Source: Gordius albopunctatus
Taxonomy: Eukaryota
Direction of reading: 5' to 3'
Length of the DNA: 64,000 bases
Assembly (NCBI GenBank): GCA_964276515.1
Contig: OZ193909.1
Span: 6,386,001-6,450,000, forward strand
A program made the position numbers and the translations under genes. The notes under the pieces were generated by a model. It had not been told where the DNA came from. It worked only from the letters and a program-made list of their open reading frames with translations, and ran no database searches. Of the stretch, positions 45,801 to 56,620 are shown piece after piece (the stretch's first letter is position 1; the number at the start of each line of letters is the position of its first letter).

Positions 45801-46324
45801 TGGTGTTATAGTCTGCCACTGAAAACATTATCAAGGGTGGACTATTAATAAATACAAATATTTGTTGATCTCCATATATAAATAATTTAGAATTGTTGAA
45901 TGCTTTTTTGTCTTTGTTTAATTCAGCGTCTAATGTCATTTCATGTGTTTCAGTCATAGATATAAAAAGAGTGTATGCAACACCCATTAGTGGGATTATT
46001 TCACTATCTTGGCCATACCTTTAAAATATAACTATTAATTTAAAAAAATTTATACCTATAGTATAAGGGTTTTCCCGCTTGCGACATAATAAACAAGTTA
46101 AACTTGCCAGGATGTTGAATGCCAGCATAATCATCAATAACTTCAATACAAGACAGATCATCCCAGTTTTTAGGAATGTCTTGAGACTCAAGATTTACAA
46201 ACCATCTGGACGAATAGGCAAAAAACAGCGATTCTTTTTTGACCTCAATAAGATTCTCTTTAAAATTAACAGCCTGGTCATTTTTTGTTAAACTTTTGTC
46301 GGTCACATTTTCAAATGAGGACAT
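30811..46324 (-). CDS. Mon1: Vacuolar fusion protein Mon1 (SAND family; subunit of the Mon1-Ccz1 Rab7 GEF), ~546 aa
   Basis: Exons: 46056-46324, 45448-46018, 44815-44990, 43961-44081, 33729-33899, 31325-31525, 30811-30942, all GT-AG and in phase. Motifs: FIMSQAGKPLYYRYG, MLSGSEKLLD, GETWTPICLPNFNSKGFLYAYISYL, LRHFVY, YEMYATFDP...LKWITREQKSLF*. Start codon uncertain. Confidence 0.93.
34142..42336 (+). mobile_element. 8.2-kb non-autonomous Helitron enlarged by an internal satellite, in Mon1 intron 33900-43960
   Basis: A|TCTATATATATAAAG 5' end; 3' hairpin GGCAAAACAACGTTTGCC then CTAG|T at 42333-42336. Confidence 0.85.
34195..41462. repeat. Tandem satellite array, 140-bp unit, about 52 copies, nearly identical
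   Basis: Unit: tgaaactaccggcccgattcgcgcgaaaatttagccgtagatgcccagggatgtcaggggtaaaatagcttttcagattcctaaaataccttttccttttaaaaatatcggacatttagtttttaaaaagggctaaatta. First copy starts 34202, last 41346; the printed lines recur every 420 bp (3 units). Confidence 0.99.
43087..43660. mobile_element. hAT-like MITE with CCCGA/TCGGG subterminal repeats
   Basis: Starts TAGAGGCCTGCAAAA; clusters of ggcccgacccgagccc on the left and their reverse complements on the right. Related ends at ~6327, ~9610-9725 and ~59582. Right boundary approximate. Confidence 0.6.
44206..44406. mobile_element. hAT-like MITE in a Mon1 intron
   Basis: TAGTGTT...AACACTA termini, inverted subterminal ttttgtttggtc / gaccaaacaaaa, flanks tcgtcaac / gtgtcaac (6/8 match TSD). 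Confidence 0.7.
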
Positions 46325-46676
46325 GTGTTTAGCATCATCTGTTTTGCAATTAAAAGCTAAATTAGTAACCTATCAACTAGCTGAAGACCATCTTGCCAAA
46401 TTTACTCTGGGACATTAACGTCCATCTCCCCATTATTATAAAAAAAGCACTTAATTAAGTATCTTTTACAATAATTATCAATTTTATTACAAAAAATACT
46501 TAAATCATATCTTTAATCCGAAATTGAATGATTAATATGCTTTTTTGTTGGCGGACAATCTCTAATTTGGGAAATCTTTTAACATTGGGACATTCAATTC
46601 GGCATTATGGTTTTCGGCAAGTTGGCGGGCTAAATTAAGTACAATAAATGGAAAAAAATTTTATTTTGGCAAAAAC

Positions 46677-49600
46677 CAGAGTTGTTAAAGTGCGCGCACG
46701 CGCACCTGATTAAGTCGGTGCGGGTGCGCAATTGCGCTCCTGTTTTGCGCACATTAAGAGTTTTACAATTTATTAATTTATTCAAAATTGTATTATATCG
46801 CATATTTCACAAATTAAATTTCTACTGATTTACTATATATAACTGTAGAGAGGTAAAGTGCCTCCAGGGATACGATAGTTACCTGTGTGTTGATGTTATT
46901 TACACGCGCGTTGGCGATTAAATTATCGTTAATTGGTTGTAACTTATAAATGCGTTGGTTATATACGCCAGGACACTTTTTCGTCGTGTTTTTGTATCAC
47001 ACTCCTAATAGTTTACGTGAATAAATATCAGCCCTTAAGAGTGGTGTCGTGGCAAGACCTACGCGGAGATGCAGAAATATAAAACAACGGCTAACATCGA
47101 CGCTTTCTTAACTCAATTTGAGTTATTCCTTAGGAACAATAAGACGGAGACAGATGAACAAAAAGCCGCGCTATTATTAACCAGCCTCGAGAGGGATGCA
47201 TTCCAATTATTACTAGAGGATTATAGACCGCAAGAGTTGACAGGAATTACATACGAAGAAGCGAAAAATCGGTTAAGGAAATTATTCCAGAGAAATTCAT
47301 GTACGAGGGCAAAGAGGTACGAATTCTCAAAGCTCCGACAAGGCCAGGGAGAGACGATAGACTCGCACGCTAATAGACTCAAGGCCGGGGCTAATAGCTG
47401 CAACTTCGGAGACGAAGAAGTGCAGAGCAGAATCGTCGACCAATTCATTATAGGATTGCGCGATAGAAGCTTACAGGCGAGACTGTTGGCAGAAAATGAC
47501 ATCAAATGGGAGCGCCTACGAGAGCTGGCATTAACGGCCGAGACGATAAATGGGGGGCTAAGCACCTTGCAAAACGGGGTCAAAGAGGCGTGGAGCGTAG
47601 TGGCGAGACGAGAAGCGTGGCCTGGGCCGGTCCGGATTCCCAGGTTAAACCATGCTTTAGATGTAACAGTTGATATATATATTAATAACGAATTGTTCGA
47701 ATTTATCGTCGATACCGGTGCTACGGTTTCGATATTACCGGCGCGAAGATGGGCGAAGGAGATCCCACGCAACAAAGAGGCCGTCCCGACGGTGTACGCC
47801 TACGGCCACGGGGAAATAAAGATCGTAGCCAAGGTACAAGCCTATTTCCGATTGGGTAACACGAGGAAACATCTGTAATTATTGCTAGCAGACGTAGCGG
47901 GGCCGCCGCTATGCGGGATCGATTGGATACAAGAATTCGAACCCGAAATATGGCGTCAAATACGTTGGAACTCGAGAACAGCGGCGGAACGGTTCGCGGT
48001 GAATTATGTTGAAATACCGAAGGATACCAAGTTAGCGATACAGCACGTGATGAAGCGATGGGAGGGCCAGCGAAACGAATTCCCGCAAGCAGTCAAGGGA
48101 ATAACGGTGGAAGTACCGGTAAAAGAGGGCATAGATCCCGTATTTATCCCCGCGCGAAGAGTGCCGATGGCGTGGAAGAAAGAAATAGAAGAAGAACTGA
48201 ATAAATGGGTCAGAGACGGGGTGATAGAACCAATCGATTTCTGAATATAGGCCAGCCCAGTGGTACCCGTGAAAAAAAGCGATGGGACTCTGCGATTATG
48301 TATAGACTACCGGTTTACGATAAATAAATACGCACAAGGGTTGCTGTACCCCTTACCCAAAATCGACGATTTGTTAAATAAACTCGATAACGCGTGTTAT
48401 TTTACGAAGCTGGACCTCACGAAAGCGTACTTACAGCTTGAATTAGGGCCAGAGACGAGCCAACGGTTGACGATCTCGACTCACAAGGGCGTATTCAAAG
48501 CTAACCGGATGCCGTTTGGTTTAAATTGTGCCGCGGCTATTTTCCAAAAAACAATGGACCAAATATTAGGAGGCATGGAGGGGGTAGCGGTATACATCGA
48601 CGACATACTAATTGCAGGGGAAACGGAAGAAATTCACAACGAGCGGTTACTCAAAGTACTAGAAACGTTACAAAAGTGGGGGTTCGTGCCAAAAATTGCC
48701 AAGAGCAAGCGAAGGAAGTAACCTTTTTGGGATACGTAATAAGTAACAAGCGGATTCAAATCAACGACAATAAAGCCGAGATAGTCAAGCAGTGGAAAAA
48801 TTTAACAAAAAAAAAGAAATAAAATCCTTCCTTGGGTTAACAGCATACTTGGCAAAGTTCATTAAGGACTACGCCAAAATCATACACCCGATTCAGAAAC
48901 TAATGAAAAAAAATTTGGTGTACCACTGGGGTGGAGAACAACAAGGCCCGTTTGAAGCTATCAAATCCGCCCTTACGAAAGCCCGCGTACTGGCGTACTT
49001 TAATGGAGATTGGGAGACGGGGCTGGTCGTAGACGCCTCTAGTACAGGGTTAGGGGCCATCTTACAGCAACGAGCACCAGGAGAGAATTGGAGGGTGGTG
49101 GCCTATGCGTCAAGAGCGTTAAACGATAGCGAAAGCCGGTATGCGACGATCGAACGAGAGGCTCTGGCGGTGGTGTATGGACTAAAAAATTTCAATGAAT
49201 ATATACAGGGACGAAGCGTTACTATTATGACGGATCATAGACCGCTAGTATATATATTTGATCAGAGCAAAAAGGGCAAGGAACAATGGTCACCTCGGCT
49301 AACTAGGTGGGCGCTCATGGTATCAAGCTACACGACCAAGTTCGAGTACAACAAGGGAGCCGAAAGCGCGGCAGATTTCTTGTCCAGGAAACCGAACGAA
49401 CACGCGTATCAGGTTACCGAGGAAATTCCAGAAGACTCGACGAATCCGTTTATTTCATTGGACGTAGTAAGACAACGCACCTTGGAGGATCCGGGGCTAC
49501 GTCAAGTAAAAGAGTGGATGAAAGGTAAACAAAACACAATGGTCACGGGTGGGCTAAAACGCACCTACGAAAAACACCTGCCAAAGTTGCATGAGGCCAA

Positions 49601-50481
49601 GAGCATTTACTGGTGGAGAAGAGTACAAGGCGTGAAATTGGTTACTATCAATAGACAATAAGAATAATATAACCGCGATATTTCACATTATTCACGTATT
49701 TACTTTATCAATCAACGATTAATCTTTACACTTTTGAACTCTACTATAGAAAAACACTAAAACGATTGAAGTTGAAGTTTAATAAGATTAGAAGATTAAA
49801 AACACAGACAGGTAATTTGATTAAAGATTTACAATAAAATATTTAAATAATGATAATATATTTAATTCTGCGTTTTTGGAATATTGTCATCTCCCGTTAC
49901 TATCTTAATATTTCAAACACTTTTAAACCTATCTTTGCTATCGTAAGTTTAATCACATATAATGATATAATTTCAATTTATTTTCATTAAAATATATTAA
50001 ATTAGTTAATTAATTTTAATTTGTATTATTTTATTTGTTGTCATAGTACTCCTTATCCACTTTTTTACTCTTTTCTTTTCTCACTGCTTATATATAACAC
50101 TTTAATATGATAGTGAGTTATGGAAATAGAAGAATCAAGAATAAATGTAGCAAGCACATCATGCATGAAAATTTTTCCATTTCAAAAATATGCTAATATG
50201 TTTAAACTTAAAGATAATCAGCATAATACACTTAATTTTGAGGTGCACTGTCTTTTATTCAATGCCAAACTCAAGACTTCTTCTAGATCTTGTTTCATTT
50301 TGACTAGGCGTCTAAAGGTAATCTTGTTACTTATTTTTATTTAATAATTAAGTAAATAAAGAATTTATAGAGATTTTGTTATAGTGCAATCAAATTGTAT
50401 GTGCGGGTGTGAGTGCGCGCACCGGATTTTCCTCAATGTCCGAGTGCGGCACCGGATTTTGAAGTGCGTTTAACAACTCTG
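46677..50481. mobile_element. hAT-superfamily non-autonomous element enclosing a Gypsy fragment
   Basis: 13-bp TIR CAGAGTTGTTAAA / TTTAACAACTCTG, perfect 8-bp TSD GCAAAAAC, subterminal GTGCG/CGCAC repeats. Confidence 0.92.
46844..49640 (+). mobile_element. Degenerate, 3'-truncated Ty3/Gypsy LTR retrotransposon (5' LTR, gag, protease, RT, RNase H; no integrase or 3' LTR)
   Basis: LTR-like sequence from TGTAG (46844) to ~47040, PBS-like TGGTGTCGTGGC. Gag 47069 (RQGQGETI, IVDQFIIGL), protease VDTGA, RT (LRLCIDYR, RMPFGL, YIDDIL), RNase H (VDAS, EREALA, TDHRPL, ADFLSR). In-frame stops at 47876 and 48242; frameshifts near 48710 and 48810. Confidence 0.93.
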
Positions 50482-50508
50482 GCAAAAACTATACAATTCA
50501 AATACTCA

Positions 50509-50669
50509 AATGGGCGTAGTCACGATTAAATTTATTGGGTGGGGGCAATAACACTTTAAAAAAAGTTAAAATAAAATTTATTCAAATTTAAGCCTTGAGT
50601 TTGATACATTTTTAAAAGTTTCTAGATTTAGGCAGCCGCAGTTCCTGCCTCCCAATGTCTACGCCCACG
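50509..50669. mobile_element. Short hAT-like MITE of the TGGGCGTAG family
   Basis: AATGGGCGTAG...CTACGCCCACG termini; flanks aatactca / aatattcg (degenerate 8-bp TSD). Same family as 52321-52983 and the end at ~431-444. Confidence 0.6.
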
Positions 50670-51207
50670 AATATTCGATTTAATTGCAAACATTTGCAGA
50701 AATTTTGAAATAGTGTAATGTATAAGAAACGGATTGTAGCATTTGTGGAACGATTAAACAATTCATTTGTCCTATTTATCATTTTAATAGAAAAAATTAA
50801 AGTTTCAAAAAGGGCTTTCACTATCTATATTCAAACGTTTGTAATAACAGCGGCATTAGGAAACAAATCTTTTTAAAAAGGGGGGGGGGGGTGGAATAGC
50901 CGAGCATCCGGGAAAATGGCGACCCTCTGGAAGTCAGAGTTCATCAGCTCGCGGTTGAACCCAGCTTTTTGAACATTTTTTAAAAGAAAATAATATATCA
51001 CATCGTCAACACGGCTGTCAAGCTTACATAGCCGAACGTCACCCCTCATCCAAATCCTCTATATTAAAGTTCCCAACAATTAAAGCAACGAATAGGGCCA
51101 CCTCCTTAAAAGACGCGCATGGTAGTCTCCCATATTATGTGAAAAGTCCGCCAGGGTGACTACATACTCGAAAAAGGGATGTAGTTAAAGAAATTAGTTT
51201 GATAAAG

Positions 51208-51606
51208 AGACTAAGTATAGGCTCGCTGAATGTTGGAACAATGACAGCCACATGCCGATAAGTTTCTGGCAACCTCAATATCCTACGGGTTGATATTGTA
51301 TGTATGCAAGAAACTAAATGTAAGCAAAGGCAAGGATTATAGGTAAAATTTACAAACTTTATATTAGCTTGGAAACACTTTAACATGGCGTTAATCACAT
51401 TGGCCTTACATCCGCAAGATAAAGTCATTGAGGTACGATGAAAAATGGCCGACTTCTGATGTTGAAACTTTGCAGAAGGTCAAGTGATTAAATTAGTGTC
51501 TGGTTATGCTCCGCAAACAGAATGCACATATGAATAAAAGGATTTTTGGGAAGAATTAGATAAAACGGTGTGCGTGATACCCAGAGCCAAGATAGTCATC
51601 ATAGGC
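51208..51606 (+). pseudogene. RTE-type LINE 5' fragment (APE endonuclease remnant)
   Basis: Hand translation across stops and frameshifts gives RLSIGSLNVGTMT...RVDIVCMQETK...DKVIEVR...GRLLMLKL...LVSGYAPQTEC...DFWEELD...IVIIG. Confidence 0.8.
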
Positions 51607-52320
51607 AAAACTAAAAAGGGATTTAAACAATATCCGGTGGAAATGGATACGGATCGAGAAACGATAATATAGATCTCCTAATAACGTAAAAAAGTGGGAA
51701 AGGTTCTATCAGATCGACTTCCTCTTAATATCAAGAAAGGAATTAAAAAATGTAGGCAATTTTAAGGTTATACCAGATGAGGATATTGCGAGTGGCGTAG
51801 CTAGGAAGGGGCCAAGGCCCCTCAAGAGGAAAATTCTGGCTCCATCGCCCCCCCCCCCAGGGTAAATCCTGGCTGCTTTGCCCCCCCCCCCATAAGCAAT
51901 CATTTATTATATTATAATTTAATTATTAATCATTAGTTTTAATTAGTTTTAAATGAGTAAATATTTTAATTGAGCCAAGTGACATATTTATATTAGATTT
52001 CCTAGTGCTGTAAGTGAACGCGTTCAAATTTTATGAACGCGTTCATGAACGGCGTTCTTTTATTTTTTGGTGAACTTTGAACGTGAACGCGTTCCTTTTT
52101 GATGAACGCGTTCGAATTTAACGTTCGTTTAATTTTAAAAACCCTTTTTTGTTTTTATTTATTTGAAAATTAATGTCAATCCGAATTTTTAACAAAAATG
52201 TATTATATTTTTTAATCAGGTGTTTTTCCTGTTTCCTATTACCAATTCCGAAATACTTTTAACATACTATAACGTGCAAAAGAAGATAAGATTAAAGTTA
52301 ATTAGTTTGATATTATTAAT

Positions 52321-52983
52321 CATGGGCGTAGGCAGGGGGCGGCAGGGGGGGGGGCGGCCGCCCCCCCCCCCCNNNNNNNNNNNNNNNNNNNNNNNNNNNN
52401 NNNNNNNNNNNNNNNNNNNNNNNNNNNNNNNNNNNNNNNNNNNNNNNNNNNNNNNNNNNNNNNNNNNNNNNNNNNNNNNNNNNNNNNNNNNNNNNNNNNN
52501 NNNNNNNNNNNNNNNNNNNNNNNNNNNNNNNNNNNNNNNNNNNNNNNNNNNNNNNNNNNNNNNNNNNNNNNNCGGCCGCCCCCCCCCCCCTGAATGAGAA
52601 TTTTTCTATTTTTTAATGTAAATTTATGTAAAAATTGGAAAAAATTAGTGTTTCGCCCCCCCCCTTGATTGAAATTAAGTTTTATGTTGAAAATTTTATT
52701 TCACGACCTTTTGACGCAAAATTATATAAGAATTAAATATTGAGATTAGTAGTTGCGTTTGTGTTAGTTCCTTCATACATCGTTTACATATCCTCTGTAC
52801 ACTGTACTGTTGATTAATAATGAGTTTTTATGTGGGTTGAGGCCAAAGAATAGCAAAATATTTTAATTACTAAGTTAAATACCAAAAAAAGGTCTTGGCG
52901 ACCTTTTTTTTTTTGCTATCACTTAGTCTCGGCGATTTTTTTTGCTCGCCCCCCCCCTGATCCGAAAGCTGGCTACGCCCATG
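52321..52983. mobile_element. hAT MITE nested in the 52003-53743 element (spans the assembly gap)
   Basis: TIR CATGGGCGTAG / CTACGCCCATG with perfect 8-bp TSD TTATTAAT. Confidence 0.9.
52373..52572. other. Assembly gap (200 N)
   Basis: Run of exactly 200 N; both flanks read cggccgcccccccccc. Confidence 0.99.
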
Positions 52984-53884
52984 TTATTAATTATAGTTTA
53001 ATTTATAGGTTAATATGGACAATCATAATATTATATCGTCGTCATCTTTTATTTTGAATATTCAAAATCAGCAGATGAATTGAAATTGCCATGGCCAAAA
53101 TATGGAAAATATTTTTCACTCGTTTCATATAAAAGATCAAATTGGATAATTAAAATGAACCTATAAAGAATAAACTTTTAGTGTTATTGAAAAAAGGGAT
53201 TGAAACCCCTAGAATTGATAATGGAAGAGCTGTCAATTCCGAGATACCATTTTTTGGCGAGGAAGTAGAGGGCGCATTGGAGGATGATATCTTGTCGCAA
53301 TTTTTTGAAGCGAGGGACAAAACATTAAAAGTTTTTAATAAATTTCCTCCTTTAAAAAATTTGTTTATTAAGTATAATACTCCAATCCCCTCATCTGCCC
53401 CTGTGGAGCAGGTTTTTAGTATAGCTAATGCTGTATTAACTGCCAAGCGTTCCTGCTTATCAGAAGACAATTTTGAAAAACAATTATTATTAAAAATAAA
53501 TAAGAAAATAGATTATTATTATTTTTTATCATGGCTATTTATTGTATTAAAAAATATATGACATTTGTTTATATTAAATTAAACTTTAAAAAAATGTATC
53601 ATTAAATTTTGAACGAACGTGAACGCGTTCATAAACGTGAACGCGTTCCTTTTCTTTTTAGACGAACGTGAAAGTGAACGCGTTCGATTTTTGTCAATGA
53701 ACGTTGAACGCGTTCGATTTTTTTACAAATGTTTACAGCACTAAGATTTCCACATTAATATTTAGCAAGTAATGAAAAAGGCGGGTAACTAAAACTTAAC
53801 ATATTTCAAAGTCGTTGTATAGTTTTACCAATGAAATTTTTTTTTTAAAAATAACATTTATCGTTCCATTTTGTACAAATTCAC

Positions 53885-54405
53885 TGTACTGTGACCGCAA
53901 ATCTTCACAAAAGTATTTTTCCAATAGTAAAACTTTTTTAATTCATCTAAAAAGTCCATTTTCGAAAAAAAATTTATTCAATAGGAAATGTTGATTATGA
54001 CAATTGTCACCAATGTAACCGCGAATCTTTGCAAAAATATTTTTCTAATAGTACAACTTCTTTTAGTCATATATTAAGTCAATTTAAAAAAATATTTATT
54101 TCAAAGAAAATGTTGATTATGACAATTGTCACCACTGTGACCGCATATCTTCACAGAAATATTTTTTCTAATATTACAACTTCTTTAGTCATATAATAAG
54201 TAATTCAAAAAAAGCATTTGTTTCAATAGAAAATGTTAATTATGACAATTGTCACCACTATGACCGCAAATCCTCACAAAAATATTTTTCTAATGGTACA
54301 ACTTATTTTAGACATATAATGTCAATTTTCAAACAAAATATTTATATCAATAGAAAATGTTGATTATGACATTTGTCACCTGAACGCAAGTCTTCACAAA
54401 AATAT
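53885..54405. repeat. Diverged tandem repeat, ~122-bp unit, about 4.5 copies
   Basis: tgaccgcaaatcttcacaaaa...aaatgttgattatgacaattgtcacc recurs at ~53890, 54014, 54136, 54259 and 54380. Confidence 0.85.
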
Positions 54406-54552
54406 ATTATAAAATAAAACATATTAATTCACTGCTTGCATACATAGTGCATAATAATTGACTATAATTTACTTGAGATAAGATTATGATACTATTCATT
54501 ATGACGTCACAATGTGAAATGTTTCCACTCAGTGACGTCATAATACATTAAT

Positions 54553-55620
54553 TAGAGATCTGCAACGGTCCATTTTTAGAAGGTCGGCTCGCCCGTAGCC
54601 GTTTTAAATACTTCAAAGCCCGCCCGTAATCTTTTTTAACATCTCAAACCTGTCCGTGAATTTTTAGGCCCGTCCGTCTCCGTTTAGAAGAACATCAAAC
54701 CCGCCTAAGCTCGTTCATATTTTTTTGTAAAATTTGATGCCGCCCCAATTCATCAAAAGATTTGACAAATGTTAATTTTAGCCATATTTATAAAAAAAAT
54801 CAATAATTATCATATAAAAATAATAAATCATCAATTATTCCCTGTTTTAGGCGAGTTCGCCTTTATTGTAGAAGATCTTCTGCCATAGAAAAATTTCGCT
54901 CGCCGGTGGCACTGGTAGCCGGTGGTTATAATAGCATATGGGCTAAATTTACTAATTTAGAATATCTATTAACGGTTAAAATTAATTAGTAGGCCTATTT
55001 GGCTTTCCACCAAATCGAAATCAGCCTCAATAGTCTCATTTAAATATTGACTAAACTCATCCGTCACAGGATTTTGATCATCATCTTCCCATTCAAAAAA
55101 ATTATTTTTGGTCTCTTACCTAATACAAATAAATAAATATAAAATTTTATAGTAATTGCGAGAGGTATCTTTGAGATCAGTAAAAGAAGATTTTTCGATA
55201 TAGACAACCCTTCTTGCTCGATAATATTTCTAATATCTTGATATATATATCTATTTTTCTTCTTCTTGATTATCTTCATTTGTCTAATCTTCGGATGCAA
55301 GAGCGAGGCTATTTTGTGATAACGATGAATTAACATTTTTTCTCTGGTAGATTCTTTTAAACAAATCTTAATCATGCTGATTTGTCTCCCGACTAAATCG
55401 CAATTTAACATCGCATTAATTAATTTAATTTTCCATAAATATATATAAGGTATAGTTTGTTCGCGATCAGCCTTCAACTGAAGAGAACTTTCTTTAACAG
55501 TCTGTAAAACATATATTAAAGATTTTAACAACATTTTTTCTATATATTCCAAATATGAAATTTTATTCCGTTTTTCCAATATCGCTCCAACTTGGTCATG
55601 AATGTTTTCAATAGAATTTA
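54553..55620 (-). pseudogene. Decayed hAT transposase fragment with one terminus
   Basis: End TAGAGATCTGCA with GCCCGT repeats. Minus strand 54810-54950 translates to LLLPPATSATGERNFSMA..RRTRL...IDDLLFL. ORF 55064-55579 has HKIASLLHPK. Confidence 0.75.
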
Positions 55621-56620
55621 AAAGTGTCAGCTTTTAGTTCCATATCATATATACATCTTGTTGCAAGGTATGGGACAGCTTGCTATTAAGTCCTCTTTAA
55701 AGTTCCTGACTAATTCTTTAAAGGTTCATGAGCTGATTTTGGATTTAGGAATTAATCATTACGCAATTTTTATTATATTATTTGTAGGGTGTGCTGTGCA
55801 ATTTATTCTAAGCAAGTTCAGAGCCCAAACCATACTGTACCTTTTAAAGGAATAAACTATTAATATCAAAGCGTGCAAGATTCACATGCCATATCATTCT
55901 TTTTAAGATTTTGAAAGAGCCCTTTTGCGTCTAGTAGCTTTGATGCTTTTTAATTAATTGTTAAATAAACTATGCTGTAATATGGAGAATATAGTACAAA
56001 ACCTATGGTATCATTCGTCGACAATTATTAGATCTTAGTTCAAATGTATTCCTATATTTTAAATATCTGTTATTTGAAAGCATTGTAATACCTTAAATAT
56101 TAATTAGCTATATCTAAGATAATTTTTGTAAATATGATAGAACCTATGAGCTAAATGCTCTTAACCTTTATTGATTGTACTTTAAGCAAAGTGTAAAAAA
56201 TTATATATTCGAATAATACATAAAAATTTAACCCAAAGCATTAGTAAATTCCAATTGTATCTATATGGAAAATGTAAAAAGCTGGAATTTTAAAATTAAT
56301 TGCCGATTTCTTTATTTTGATAATTTTGAAAGCTATAAAATGTCTTCTTAAAATTTACTATATTTAGAATCAAATTTTATTAGTGGACGACCGGAAATAC
56401 ATATGTTCATTTTTATCATTTAAATTAAATTTGGCAATTAAATGTTTGGTGTTTGGTAATTCAAGATAGGTAACGAATTAGATTACAATTCAATTTTTTT
56501 TCTAAATTTAAAATATTTATGCTAACAAACTTCATTTTTTAGCCTGTTAATAATTTAAAATATAATATCTTGTGGACTAAGATAATTAATAAATATTATA
56601 GTGTTTTTTTTATTTTATAG

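Larger units (their letters stand above)
52003..53743 (+). mobile_element. Internally deleted hAT transposon with a C-terminal transposase remnant
   Basis: TIR TAGTGCTGTAA / TTACAGCACTA, perfect 8-bp TSD AGATTTCC, multiple palindromic GAACGCGTTC subterminal motifs. ORF 53181-53561 reads FPPLKNLFIKYNTPIPSSAPVEQVFS...KRSCLSEDNFEKQLLLK. Confidence 0.93.

Noticed and set aside
47221..47775. 184-aa minus-strand ORF
   Set aside because: It is the antisense shadow of Gypsy gag/protease; the same applies to the antisense ORFs over the CRE and hAT coding regions.
52220..52597. 125-aa ORF
   Set aside because: It is open only because it reads through the N gap inside a MITE.
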